64,000 nt of DNA. Origin: Cyanobacteria bacterium P01_F01_bin.150. GTDB lineage: Bacteria > Cyanobacteriota > Cyanobacteriia > CAKZMO01. Position 1 is the first letter of the stretch. Every line of letters starts with the position of its first letter. Positions 10,147 through 21,114 of the stretch are shown here, in pieces. Location: positions 14,915 to 78,914 of the forward strand of contig JBCCYL010000023.1 in the NCBI GenBank assembly GCA_039189765.1, in the 5' to 3' direction. Below the pieces are notes generated by a model. That model was not told the DNA's origin, searched no databases, and saw only the letters and a list, made by a program, of their open reading frames with translations. The position numbers and the translations under genes are program-made.

Positions 10147-12672
10147 TTATGAGCCAACTAAGGACTTTATCTTCATCCAAAGCGATCGCAGCTTCCAAAA
10201 TTTGCTAGATTGGATGGCCTCAAGCTCCACTCTCAATTTTTGATTATCATCATTGAGTCTTTGAATAGAATTTTTAAGGTTTCGACAGTTCCTAGCGAGA
10301 GCTTTTCTTTTATCTCTAACTCTGCGAAGATCTGCTCGCTTTCTCTGCATTTTCTTTCGAGTCAGAGCTTGTTCTTGCTCTAGTTGTTTCTGAACAATAT
10401 TTAAACTAGTTTTTAAGCTCAAAATATGATCTTCCATCGCTGATAGTGCATATTTTGAATCATTTAAATCAGCTTCTAATTCTACAGTTTCTGCTTGATG
10501 ACTTACTTTATATTGGTCTTCTTGTTCCTCTTTTTCGGTGACATCTTGCGCTTCAGTGAGTACAGCCATTTCTTGTTGCACGTCTGCTGTTTCACTGCCG
10601 GGACTTGCATCAATATCCTCCTTAACCTTTGCTTCCGTACCGGAGTCTAGATTCAGACTATTGCTATCCTGTCCGTTTTCAAGGGATAGGGCCTGAAGCA
10701 ATGTATTGGCCTGGCTCTGCGCAACGAGCTTCATAGCAGAGCAAAAACCATTAGCTTCAACAATGTGTGGAAGCGTATTGTCTCCACCCTTCACTTTGGT
10801 TGCGACCAGTTCATTAAACTGAGTATCCGAAGAAATAAGAATTTGTATGGTCTTGAGATGGTCATCCACGTCCTCTAGCGTTCCTTCTAAGGCCGAATAT
10901 GTGGATAAAATGCAGCAATTCGGCAACCATGAATAAAACTGCTGCTGATTGCTGGGAACAATTAAGGATAAAGAAACTTGAAACTGACTGATTCGGCCCA
11001 CAATATCCAGTACATGATCTAGATCAGACGAAACTAATGCAGTCAGACTCTTTTGGTCTTTAAACACTGTTTTCATGAGTGTTTCAATGCCATAGGATTC
11101 AAGCAAAATATCACAGTCATGAGCTACCGCTCCTACATTGTCCGGAGTCAAGGTAAACTCTCTGACTCGAAAGAGATTTGCATCATCCGTTACATGTCTG
11201 GTTTCCAAAATAATCTCTACAAAGAAAGTTTGCCCACATTCCACCAAAGCACCATGCTCAGAGCTTAGAGGAATAGAACAGCGATGCCACACTCCCCGCG
11301 GAAAGCTATTCGAGAAAATCTTTTCAGAATTAATGAGAACAGAAATAGAGGGAGTATCGTCATCAGAAACATAAGGAATTAAGAATTCTAGCTGTAACTG
11401 TATTGAGGAGGCCGATTCCGTACGGAAAAATAACCTTGCTCTCTTGTACGCTATTCGTGATTTTTCCCCATCTTTCTGCATCTTCCACCCATTAAGGAGT
11501 CGAAACTTGGGCAATTCCTTACTTAAAAGAGGCAAATTTAAATAATTTTCAGGAATAAATTCGACCAGCCAGCTAATCCCTAGGGTCTGGTTTTGCAAGT
11601 GCTTTGTATACAAACCCGGTTGAACATCACCCTCAGGAAGGCTAATATTCGGTATCTTGATATCCTCCCGCTTAAATACTTGAAAATTGACGTCACCATT
11701 AGCATTTGAGAGAACTTCAAGGGCATCGTCAAAACTCCACTCACGGGGATGGGGAGAAACCTCATTCACAAAATTTGTAAAAACTCTAACACCAAGTTTA
11801 GAAGAATGTTCTTCAAAAGTCTGAACAAAGTCAGAGAACACTGGAACTTGTTCATTAATTCCACGCAAAACATCTGGATGGTCATTAAAAATAGAGGCTT
11901 CTACTTCTTTTGATAAATGATTGGCTCGGAATGGATCACTCATGGTCAACAAGTATCCACCAGGCTTCATCACTCGGAGACATTCCTGTAGCGATTGTGG
12001 AATATCTGATAAATGATGTAAGGCAGCGGTTGCAACGACAATATCAAAGTGATTATCCGGAAATGGTAAGTTTCGAGATGACCCCCCAAACCAGTGTAGT
12101 TGAGGATAATCAAACTTTCCTCGCATACAAAGTAAGGGACTAAACTCCAGGCATGTCACGTCCGCACCGTACGAATAGAACTTGAGGCTGTCGAACCCCA
12201 GCCCCGCGCCAACGTCTAAAACAGATTTCCCCTCCAGTGAAATGCCATTGGTTACAGTTTTGAAGAGTAAGTGTTCACGATAGCGATTCTCAAACCAAGC
12301 GGGTTTACTTGGAATTCCCTTTTCTGCTAGAACCTGATTTTTATTTAGAGCATGAGTGTACTCGTCAAGGAGATCAATCCAAAATACAAAATCCCGATCG
12401 CTCTTAAGTTTTTCCTGAGGGCTTTCATCATTCAAAAGAGCAGCACTGCTGTCGGTGTTTGCCGAAATTTCAATTAATCCCAAAACATCATCTGAAAAAA
12501 AAGTTCCTAGGTAGGGAACTCCATAAATCAGATCGTAGCTTCTATCACAACAGTCACAGCAAATGGCATTAAGATGGACACCATTTGATGAAACGTCAGG
12601 ATTATACTTGAGTGCTGAAGAATTACACGCAGGACATTGGGTATTTTCTAGACTAATTAATGTATTCAACAT
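10147..12672 (-). CDS. SAM-dependent methyltransferase with N-terminal Cys cluster (Trm112/Zn-ribbon-like) and C-terminal coiled coil; glycan-modifying
   Basis: CPAC...CCDCC, VLDVGAGLG, LPFPDNHFDIVV...LHH, LRVMKPGG; ends SSKFWKLRSLW. Confidence 0.8.
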   Translation of the reverse strand: MLNTLISLENTQCPACNSSALKYNPDVSSNGVHLNAICCDCCDRSYDLIYGVPYLGTFFSDDVLGLIEISANTDSSAALLNDESPQEKLKSDRDFVFWIDLLDEYTHALNKNQVLAEKGIPSKPAWFENRYREHLLFKTVTNGISLEGKSVLDVGAGLGFDSLKFYSYGADVTCLEFSPLLCMRGKFDYPQLHWFGGSSRNLPFPDNHFDIVVATAALHHLSDIPQSLQECLRVMKPGGYLLTMSDPFRANHLSKEVEASIFNDHPDVLRGINEQVPVFSDFVQTFEEHSSKLGVRVFTNFVNEVSPHPREWSFDDALEVLSNANGDVNFQVFKREDIKIPNISLPEGDVQPGLYTKHLQNQTLGISWLVEFIPENYLNLPLLSKELPKFRLLNGWKMQKDGEKSRIAYKRARLFFRTESASSIQLQLEFLIPYVSDDDTPSISVLINSEKIFSNSFPRGVWHRCSIPLSSEHGALVECGQTFFVEIILETRHVTDDANLFRVREFTLTPDNVGAVAHDCDILLESYGIETLMKTVFKDQKSLTALVSSDLDHVLDIVGRISQFQVSLSLIVPSNQQQFYSWLPNCCILSTYSALEGTLEDVDDHLKTIQILISSDTQFNELVATKVKGGDNTLPHIVEANGFCSAMKLVAQSQANTLLQALSLENGQDSNSLNLDSGTEAKVKEDIDASPGSETADVQQEMAVLTEAQDVTEKEEQEDQYKVSHQAETVELEADLNDSKYALSAMEDHILSLKTSLNIVQKQLEQEQALTRKKMQRKRADLRRVRDKRKALARNCRNLKNSIQRLNDDNQKLRVELEAIQSSKFWKLRSLWMKIKSLVGS

Positions 12673-12723
12673 GTTTCACACCGATTCATCTTGCAGTTTT
12701 TAGAGGTTTACCTAGCTAATCAC

Positions 12724-14106
12724 TTATCTTCCCAATAATCCTTTTAATTGAAACCATCGCGTTCTCAATTTCCAAAATTTACTTGATTCCATCTCTACTA
12801 TTTTTTCCTCTAAACCCTTAACAGATTGAGAGGCCTCACTTAGACTTTGAGATAGCTCAATATTTTTGGTCTTTTCTGCACTAACTGTATCTCGAAGAGA
12901 AGTAAGATGCACTTTTTGATTATCAATAAGAGTTTGCTTTTGCGTGAGATTATCCTGAGAGAGGCGAAGCTTTTCTCTAACTTCTCTAAGCTGTATTTGT
13001 TTGCGACTTAGGCTATTTTCAGAGTCCCTTAGCTGCTGCTGTAAAGTAGAGGTCTCCAAACGCTCTTTTCCGAGCTGTTTTTGATGCTCCTCTAGTTGAT
13101 CCCTCACAATCTCCAGTTGCGATCGCTCAAAGCATAGGTGAGTATTAAGTTCATTGAGCTTTGAGTACTGTTCTTCAAGCTGTTGTTCCGCATCTTTCAC
13201 CTGAACCTTTAGTTTGCCAGCTAATGCCTGTAGGGAGACAAGTTCTCCGCGAGTAGCATCTAGCTCATTGCATGAGGCATTCAAGGCCGCATTGAGACGA
13301 TCTCGTTCACTGTCTACCTGTTGTTGGGAACTCTTCAATTCTCTACGGGCTGATTGCAATTTCTCAGGAAGACTACTGTATAACTTAGGGATATTGGTCA
13401 GTGAAGGAAAGGCCAAAAAGTTTTCATAAAATGCATCAGAACCTGTAACCGATTCGCCAAGTTCACCATCGCTTAAAATTCGATGACATTGGTATCCATA
13501 GCTAATAAGTAAATCAAAAACATCTTGAGCCGTGCGGTTAACACCATCCAGCATGTTCTTTGAAATTTCAAATTGAATATAATGCAGCGCCTTGTTACTT
13601 AGAAGAGTTGATGCCCCTTCCAATACATCTCGTTCAACGCCTTCTACATCAATCTTGATAAAATCAATTTTACTAATATTATTCCTTCCACAGAATTTAT
13701 CTAAGGAGATAGCCTGTACCCAGTTTTCCTGGGCGATATGGACTCTCTTTGAAGGATCTTCTGGCTCCATCATAATCGGGTCTCCAAGGGAATTCCAGGC
13801 AGAGTAACCTATCGGAAATTCTCGGATTAGGACCTCTTTTTCATCAGCAAAAACCGCATTTTGATGGAGAATAATATTGCGACAGTCATATTGATCAACG
13901 CGCTTCTTTAGAGTCTCAAAAGTTGTCGCTGTAGGCTCAAAAGTATAGACCTTTCCTGTACTGCCAACCAATTGACTTAGAAGGATCGAATAGTCTCCAA
14001 TATGGGCTCCAACATCAAAGACAACCATACCCTCTTCAACTATCTTATTAACCAACAATTGCTCTGCAACCTCGGTATCAAAGACATAGTTATCTTGATC
14101 GGTCAT
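12724..14106 (-). CDS. FkbM family methyltransferase with long coiled coil
   Basis: FDVGAHIG, FEP, IDFIKIDVEG.E..VL.G; Q/E/L-rich heptads; ends SSKFWKLRTRW. Confidence 0.9.
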   Translation of the reverse strand: MTDQDNYVFDTEVAEQLLVNKIVEEGMVVFDVGAHIGDYSILLSQLVGSTGKVYTFEPTATTFETLKKRVDQYDCRNIILHQNAVFADEKEVLIREFPIGYSAWNSLGDPIMMEPEDPSKRVHIAQENWVQAISLDKFCGRNNISKIDFIKIDVEGVERDVLEGASTLLSNKALHYIQFEISKNMLDGVNRTAQDVFDLLISYGYQCHRILSDGELGESVTGSDAFYENFLAFPSLTNIPKLYSSLPEKLQSARRELKSSQQQVDSERDRLNAALNASCNELDATRGELVSLQALAGKLKVQVKDAEQQLEEQYSKLNELNTHLCFERSQLEIVRDQLEEHQKQLGKERLETSTLQQQLRDSENSLSRKQIQLREVREKLRLSQDNLTQKQTLIDNQKVHLTSLRDTVSAEKTKNIELSQSLSEASQSVKGLEEKIVEMESSKFWKLRTRWFQLKGLLGR

Positions 14107-14314
14107 TGAACGCTTAACTCCTTTGACTTGGCTGAAGGTAACTATTACGCTTTGTTGACTAAATAATTAGTCAGGGCTAGATCTGATGGCCTCACATATT
14201 TTTTGAAGGAAAGCTAACTTCAATATGAATTTTTACCGTGTGCAAGACTTAACTATCAACTATCTAGCGTCCACATTTTTTTCATTGGTACCAACATGAT
14301 ATAGCGAATACGGA

Positions 14315-17300
14315 CTATTCATGACTAGTGGGTAATCCTAAGGCTCTACGAATCTTGAATGAAGCCGAGCGCAAACGCCAAAACTTACTTGTCTTCATTG
14401 CAGCAATCGTGCCTTCAGCATCTAGCAGTTGGCTGCTTGCTTTGCTCAATTGGGTTTCAAGTTCCTGAGTTCTACCCTCTTTCTCTTGTAGTCGCCCTTC
14501 AAGATGCTGAAGGGTGTTGGCTTTCTCTTGTAGCTGTCCTTCGAGAGATTGGATACGCTCTAATAACGAATTATCGGTTGCACGAATAGTACTGACGTTG
14601 CTATGACTATCGTTACCAGCATTGCTACTGATGTCGCTGGCGATCGCATTCCCATCACGTTGAAGCTTTCTAAACGTTTCCCAGATATATGAACCCACCT
14701 TGGGTGACTGATTTTCCAATTGCTTTCCAGTGTCCAAGAGGACTTGAGAGACGATCTTTGCCATATTTTCCCAAGAAAACTTTGCACACTGTTCAAATCC
14801 GGCCTGGACAAAATGTTGCCGGATCTCAGGATGCTGAACTTTGTATAGCGCATCAATCAGTTCGTTAATACTTGAGGTGTCCACATAAATAACTGCATCA
14901 CCTCCCACCTCTGGAATAGAAGAGTGACGACCAGTAATCACAGGACAGCCACAGGCCATTGCCTCAGCGATTGGCAACCCAAATCCTTCATAAAGAGATG
15001 GATACACCAAAGCGATCGCCCCTGAATAGGCGGCCTTTAAATCCTCGTCACTTAAGCCAATAACAACCGTCTCAATACCATCGGACAAAGTTTGCAACTC
15101 TGGCTCTAGCTGAGGCTGACCACCCACGCAAACTACCGCAAACTCACTTTTATTAAGCAGTTGCGATAAAGCTCGAAAGAAGAAAACAGCATTTTTGTAT
15201 CCATTAACGCCAGTCCGATCCCCTACCATCAGGAAGTAAGGCTTATCAACACCGATCTTAGCCCTAACCTGCTGAATCTCATCCGGGCTAGCTGGAGAAA
15301 ACACCTGCTTGATACCACAGTGGGCAACAGTCACAGTCTCTGGATCAATCGCAGGGAAGAACTGACATAAATCCTTCGCCGTACTTTGGGAGATAGTAAT
15401 GTAGCTAGAGGCATGAACAATACCTAAATGCTTTTCCTTCCAGCCCGTCTGGGTTAAGTCTGCCCCGATGACTTCAGGAATCATGTCGTAGGCCATGAAA
15501 ACTGACGGCGTTGTTAAAGGAGTGGTGTAGTAGCTAGAAATAAACAGGTCAGCACCTTTTTCATCACAGATTTCCTGCAACATTTCAGCATCAGCAGCAG
15601 TTTTATCGTAATCATAGGCACGCACAGGGCGATATCTTAACCCTGGGATTCTAGGAGCAGTACCGTCTCTATCTAAAATGACTAGATGCTCAGCAAAGCC
15701 TGTTTTAACCCATTCCTTCATCAAAGAACGCCACACCTGGGCAATACCTGATTCACCAAACTGGAAGAACACACCATCAATTACGATCTGGGGAAATGGC
15801 TTCTTTATGGTCTGACTACGATGCTGCATCTCTTCAAAAGTCAAAAATGTCCAATTATCTGATTCAGGCTCACGTGCAAGTAAGGGAACAATTCCGCTGG
15901 TCTGTGCGGGTTCGACTAATGTGTCATCATCAACCCAACCAAAATAATCGCGCAATAACACTGGGAAATCTTGCTGCTGTTGAAGCGTTTTCCACTGTGC
16001 AACTGCATCACTATAACCATAGTAGGATTCTTTGAATTTGAGCTGCATTTCTGTCACATAAGCAAAGTGCTGAAACACTAAATTTGCCCGTAGAGTTTCA
16101 GCGTGCAGAAAAGGCTTGACTCCAGCAACATCTTCCTCATCCCCATTCGGCAGAACACGAACAAGCTTTGGTGGCTCATGGGCAGCCCACTTCATTCCTG
16201 GCTCATACCGCCATACCCGCAACCATTCTTGAGCAGGATTTTGCGCATAACAGTTGCGACTGCTGATGATGAGCTGCTCTCCCACAAAATAATTACACCA
16301 GAAATATGCTGCTGTTTTGTCAGGACGATCGACAAACATTTGCCACAACGTATTGATTTGCTCTACAGTCCAAAGCTCATCAACATCAATCTGCCATAGT
16401 AAACAGCCTTCTTGAATGGATTGGAGCGGAGCATTAACCATCTCTCGCTTACCGTCCCAAAATTCGCCCTCAGGCTTTCGATAAATGGAAATGCTGTCAG
16501 GATAAGCTTCCGCTAGCTCATCAAGATACTCCTTTGTTCCATCATGACTGCGCCCCTGATGATGAACGTCATCAATCACCTGACCACCAAGGTCAACACT
16601 CCAAGCCGTATCGTGCTTTAAAGCCGCAACTCCCTCAACAATATGCCAGTGCCACCGGAACGGAAGCTGCTTTAGAACATCCAGGTGATAACGGATAAAC
16701 GGCTCACCATTGAGAACAATAGTAAAAAAATGAATAGGCATATCCGATTGGGAAGGTTGAGGCGATCGCAGTATTGGATATTGCTCAACCCGTTCAAAAA
16801 TCGAATAGCCATTGCGCAACGCAATGTTTTGCTCTATCAGGACGTAATTTGGATCATTTAAGAGACGATGATGACTGTTATAGTTTTTATAAGTGCAGAT
16901 ATCATCTAACAGTATGAACTTTGATCCGTAGACCTGCTCTAATTCTACCTCTCCTGTAAATTCTGAACCATCAATCAGCACTAAATCAAACCGCTCGATA
17001 TTCCGCTCTTTCTTAATAAGCTGAATTCCATTAGCAGAAACGCCGGAATTTCTAACATAGTTAACGTCTTGCTGCAACCAACCCACCACTTGTTCAACAG
17101 GATATTGATTGAGGGGAGTTTGCTTTGAATGATAGAACTGCTCAACCTGAAGTGGATCCGGAAAAGCCTCTAAATCAACCGAAGAAACGTTATAGCAATG
17201 CACAAACGAGTCGCTTTCGTAGTGGCTTTTCAGTGATTCAAAACGCGGCTTCGAGACCTCCATACAAAATAGTTGAGGAGAATTCGGATTTTTTCTCAAG

Positions 17301-17467
17301 CCCTTAACAAATGCTTCGGTGCTACCTTGCCCAGAGGATGAACCAATTTCTAAAACAGTCTTGACACTCGGGTCACAAGCAAATCGCTGGATCGCCTGAT
17401 AAAAATCATCATTTTTAATTTCAGGCGCAATAATATTATTAAGTTCTGAGTCAGATACTGAATTCAT
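14315..17467 (-). CDS. Multidomain glycosyltransferase (methyltransferase-like + GT-A-like + GT4 + coiled coil)
   Basis: VLEIGSSSG and LIDGSEF; LWQIDVDE; YPSLYEGFGLPIAEAMACGCPVI; ends TSKFWRLR; likely start ATG 17467. Confidence 0.88.
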   Translation of the reverse strand: MNSVSDSELNNIIAPEIKNDDFYQAIQRFACDPSVKTVLEIGSSSGQGSTEAFVKGLRKNPNSPQLFCMEVSKPRFESLKSHYESDSFVHCYNVSSVDLEAFPDPLQVEQFYHSKQTPLNQYPVEQVVGWLQQDVNYVRNSGVSANGIQLIKKERNIERFDLVLIDGSEFTGEVELEQVYGSKFILLDDICTYKNYNSHHRLLNDPNYVLIEQNIALRNGYSIFERVEQYPILRSPQPSQSDMPIHFFTIVLNGEPFIRYHLDVLKQLPFRWHWHIVEGVAALKHDTAWSVDLGGQVIDDVHHQGRSHDGTKEYLDELAEAYPDSISIYRKPEGEFWDGKREMVNAPLQSIQEGCLLWQIDVDELWTVEQINTLWQMFVDRPDKTAAYFWCNYFVGEQLIISSRNCYAQNPAQEWLRVWRYEPGMKWAAHEPPKLVRVLPNGDEEDVAGVKPFLHAETLRANLVFQHFAYVTEMQLKFKESYYGYSDAVAQWKTLQQQQDFPVLLRDYFGWVDDDTLVEPAQTSGIVPLLAREPESDNWTFLTFEEMQHRSQTIKKPFPQIVIDGVFFQFGESGIAQVWRSLMKEWVKTGFAEHLVILDRDGTAPRIPGLRYRPVRAYDYDKTAADAEMLQEICDEKGADLFISSYYTTPLTTPSVFMAYDMIPEVIGADLTQTGWKEKHLGIVHASSYITISQSTAKDLCQFFPAIDPETVTVAHCGIKQVFSPASPDEIQQVRAKIGVDKPYFLMVGDRTGVNGYKNAVFFFRALSQLLNKSEFAVVCVGGQPQLEPELQTLSDGIETVVIGLSDEDLKAAYSGAIALVYPSLYEGFGLPIAEAMACGCPVITGRHSSIPEVGGDAVIYVDTSSINELIDALYKVQHPEIRQHFVQAGFEQCAKFSWENMAKIVSQVLLDTGKQLENQSPKVGSYIWETFRKLQRDGNAIASDISSNAGNDSHSNVSTIRATDNSLLERIQSLEGQLQEKANTLQHLEGRLQEKEGRTQELETQLSKASSQLLDAEGTIAAMKTSKFWRLRSASFKIRRALGLPTSHE

Positions 17468-17492
17468 AGGTTCAAGGATTGGGACTTGAGTA

Positions 17493-18365
17493 CTAGAAAT
17501 TGGCAGGGTTGCCCAATTCCCCCCTAAGTTTCTCATACTTGGTGCACAATTCTTGATGTTCTGCTACGAGAGCTTCGTACTGTGCTTTCACTGCATCCCT
17601 CTCAGCTTCAGCCGATGCGAACCACTCCCGTAAATTGACTACAAATTCTTGAAACTTGAGCAATCTTCGATTAACCCAATATGATTCCTTGTAGAGGGGA
17701 AAATTATTTTGAATGCGATAGGACTCTGGAACAGCTAGACGGATTTGACTAGATAGGCCACCCGCATAATAAGAGGCCAACGTTCGAGGATAGTGACAGA
17801 GTTTTACAGACTCACTGTAGACCATGCGTAAGAACCATTCATAATCGGATGAAATACGATAGCTTTCATTGAACATGCCCACTCGTGACGAAAACAAGTT
17901 AGCTCTGGCTAAACTTGCTTGATGAGGAAGGCACCCGCAGATCATTTCATCAGGAATACTTTCGGGAGGTGGTGGCTCAACCAAAATTGTTTTCCCAGAT
18001 GGATAACGTACTTCCAAGTTTCCGTATAGGAAGTCACAAGTTGGATGCTGAGATAGAAACGATGCAGCATCTTCAATAGCTCTTTCATCCTGAAGATAAT
18101 CATCAGCATTGAGAAATCCGATAAAGTCTCCGGCTGCATATCGAATCCCTTTATTCATCGCTTCATAAATTCCTCCATCAGGTTCACTAATAAAGCAACT
18201 AATGCGGTGAGCATACTTTTGAATAATTTCTTTGGTGCCGTCGGTGGAATTTCCATCGACAACGATATATTCAGTATTAGGAAAGGTTTGATCAACGACA
18301 CTCTTAATCGCTGTTTCTATAAAATCCTCTGCATTTCTACATACAGTGATAATCGAAATCTTCAC
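17493..18365 (-). CDS. GT2 glycosyltransferase (WcaE-like)
   Basis: KISIITVCRN, VVDGNSTDGT, SEPDGGIYEAMNKGI, FLNADD; likely GTG 18365. Confidence 0.92.
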   Translation of the reverse strand: MKISIITVCRNAEDFIETAIKSVVDQTFPNTEYIVVDGNSTDGTKEIIQKYAHRISCFISEPDGGIYEAMNKGIRYAAGDFIGFLNADDYLQDERAIEDAASFLSQHPTCDFLYGNLEVRYPSGKTILVEPPPPESIPDEMICGCLPHQASLARANLFSSRVGMFNESYRISSDYEWFLRMVYSESVKLCHYPRTLASYYAGGLSSQIRLAVPESYRIQNNFPLYKESYWVNRRLLKFQEFVVNLREWFASAEAERDAVKAQYEALVAEHQELCTKYEKLRGELGNPANF

Positions 18366-18789
18366 AGGATAGTTAATCTCCAGTAGCAAGAGGAACAGAG
18401 CAATCATCACTAGAAGAGGTCTGAAAAGTTTTTAACTGTCAAAAGTTTTTGTCAGTGATACATGGATCCGCTCACACGTATTAATACGAAGACAGGCCCA
18501 ATACCAGCAAAGTTTAGATATGCGATACCAATCTATCTGCTACCAATATCACCAACCCTTCTCAGATATCTTCTTTATACCGAAAGTTGACCTTACGTCA
18601 TATCTCTAATCTACACCAAAACCTATTTTTTCTTTAAGCACGGACCAAAGCCTTTGCCATTTCCTGGATTTACTACTTTGCACAGATGCTATGGTACTAA
18701 CGGGCTTCTACTTTTACATTTCTATTTTTATTTCGCCCTTTAGTGCTTTCTCCTCATGTAGCAATAATCGATAACGTCCCTAATTGCGC

Positions 18790-18869
18790 GAGTATCAACT
18801 TTGGGCGGGTAGTGGGGGAGGGGACATTCATACTACCGCCAACTGTGTTTCGCATTAAAACGAAACCTC
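18790..18869 (-). repeat. Family 1 element, copy C
   Basis: Reverse strand GAGGTTTCGTTTTAATGCGAAAC ... CGCCCAAAGTTGATACTC. Confidence 0.8.
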
Positions 18870-19038
18870 TTCCGATGTATGCTGAGCTAACTGTCTTTGT
18901 GCATCAGTTAGTCGTTCTTCAAGTCATCTAACAACAGTCAGACCACAAAGTATTCCATCAATGAATGATATTTGCCGCCAAATCCTTGAAACTTAAAATT
19001 GCCATTTTCAGAGAAAGCTGCTTTGCCAATAGCTCTGT

Positions 19039-20925
19039 TTACTCAACACTCTCTAAATATATTTGCTCTGACAAATCCTTTCGAATAAAAATTCTCAAAT
19101 TTGGGATATCAGCCTTTATCTCAGCATAACAAGGATTTATCTTGCAAAAATTTGGCATGGTAACGTGTTGTTCATAAGCCTCTTTCGCCTTCAACAACTG
19201 TGGATAGGAGGCAGATGTTGAATCAATCGATTGAGTAGGAACCGTCTTGTTTGTCATGACAACCACGTCATGTTGAGCCTCCCATTCGCTAAAAAATCCC
19301 CAGAATAGTGTTATTGTCCATTTCTCGTTAGAGGATACAAAAAACAGGGATGGATCATATGTAATATTGATGTGCCGATCTAGTTGTATTGAAATTTTAT
19401 TAAATAAGCCAATTAAGTAGTCATATTCTGCTTTCTTAGATTTAAATTCATATGTTTCTGAACGTTGTGAGTACTGAGTAAGCTTATGCTTAGTCTCAGC
19501 TAGCATATATGATGTAGCTGCTATTTGAAGGATGATAAATAAAATAAAAACAGCAAATTTTATGTTGCTTACCGATTTATTTTTTTTAAGGTATAAATAT
19601 GATTCTAATTCATAGATTTTTAGTAATCCTATGATAAAAAATACGATGCCAATATGGAGATAAAATCCCCAGAGTCTATCTACCAAGATAATGATTGGTA
19701 AAATAGAAAAAGATGACAATGTGACCAACACTAGACCGGGATACTGAGTCGGATTTGCTAAGAATTTTAACCTTGATTTTATTAGCGATATTAAAATTAA
19801 AAGAATACCCAATATGAAAATAATAAATAGAATGGCGGAGGGCACCTCAGACCAATCATCAAGAATAAATTCTGCCCAAGATAAAATACTAACTCTGCTA
19901 TCATCTGCTCCATGCCCAGTACTTAAGAATGTCCATTGCAACCAGGCTGAAGTTCCCGTAGGTATCTTTAAGACAGCAACGGGAACCGCTATAGCAAATC
20001 CAAATATAAAGACTCCGATAGTTTTAAGCCATGTTGATGGAAACCTCAAGATTTTATTTTTATCCATGAGGTGGGTAAGGCCAGGGCTTAGTATGCAAAA
20101 TACTCCAACTAGAATTGGGAGAAGTGTTGTTAATGTTTCTTTCGATAAATGATTTTCAATGCTGGGGATTTTTGTGCGATATTCTAGCAAACCATATGCA
20201 ATCTCATAGATTCCAAACCCTATAATAACAACTGGCAGTAAGAATTTATTGATATTTCTATTGCCGCAGATATTTGGAAATGACACCCATTGATTGAGCT
20301 TAAACTGTTGGATTAAAGATAATCCTATGATGAAGGGTAATGATGTAAAAACAGAAATTTTTGAGCCAAATGCTAAGCCGAAAAATATCCAGTAGTATCC
20401 AAATTTAAAGGAGTGTTTAAATGCCAGTATAAGGAATATAGAAAAAAACAAAAGTAATATTGGTTCAGGCTTAGGCATCGTTGCATAGTAGGATGTTGCC
20501 GGAAGAACCGTTAAAGTCCACAATCCTATTCCTCGAACGATCCAAGATTTGAGAAAATACAACGATAATATGATGTAAGCAGCTAGTTGGAATATTACCT
20601 GGGCCATCCGAGTTGCATAGATTTGCCCACTTGCGCCAAAGAGACGCTCTGGGATAGCGGCAATAAGGGCGGATGCATTCCATAAAATCCTCCCATATCG
20701 ATGATCGTCACCATCAATAACGGTATCAATCCAACTGTTCAAGTCTGATGGGTGGAGTAGTCTGTCCACACCGTCAAACGTAATGATTTCATCCATGAAC
20801 AAGACATAGCGACCATGTAGTAAATCCGAGTTAGCCTGATGGGATAGATACAGAGATACGATTAAAGCACCTGCAAAAAGTGCCACTCCAAGGAACCGAT
20901 CAATTTTAGACAGTGAGTTGGTCAT
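19039..20925 (-). CDS. Polytopic membrane protein, probable GT-C fold (lipid-donor) glycosyltransferase
   Basis: Many TM helices, acidic FMDE motif in the loop after TM1, PKPE motif, soluble C-terminal domain; markedly AT-rich. Confidence 0.6.
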   Translation of the reverse strand: MTNSLSKIDRFLGVALFAGALIVSLYLSHQANSDLLHGRYVLFMDEIITFDGVDRLLHPSDLNSWIDTVIDGDDHRYGRILWNASALIAAIPERLFGASGQIYATRMAQVIFQLAAYIILSLYFLKSWIVRGIGLWTLTVLPATSYYATMPKPEPILLLFFSIFLILAFKHSFKFGYYWIFFGLAFGSKISVFTSLPFIIGLSLIQQFKLNQWVSFPNICGNRNINKFLLPVVIIGFGIYEIAYGLLEYRTKIPSIENHLSKETLTTLLPILVGVFCILSPGLTHLMDKNKILRFPSTWLKTIGVFIFGFAIAVPVAVLKIPTGTSAWLQWTFLSTGHGADDSRVSILSWAEFILDDWSEVPSAILFIIFILGILLILISLIKSRLKFLANPTQYPGLVLVTLSSFSILPIIILVDRLWGFYLHIGIVFFIIGLLKIYELESYLYLKKNKSVSNIKFAVFILFIILQIAATSYMLAETKHKLTQYSQRSETYEFKSKKAEYDYLIGLFNKISIQLDRHINITYDPSLFFVSSNEKWTITLFWGFFSEWEAQHDVVVMTNKTVPTQSIDSTSASYPQLLKAKEAYEQHVTMPNFCKINPCYAEIKADIPNLRIFIRKDLSEQIYLESVE

Positions 20926-21114
20926 TCTACTTGCATGGTCTCCTGAAGAAAAGCAAAAATCTTGTAAAGTAGTCCAAACTGAAGTCTGAAGCAGTATTGA
21001 CTGTTCTTAGCATCAGCAGTTCTCCGATGACGCAAGAAACTGTCCTGCGTTTTTTGCATCTCAAATATGATATTAATTAAGAGCAATATTACTCTTTAAA
21101 GCGCAAGTATAGTC

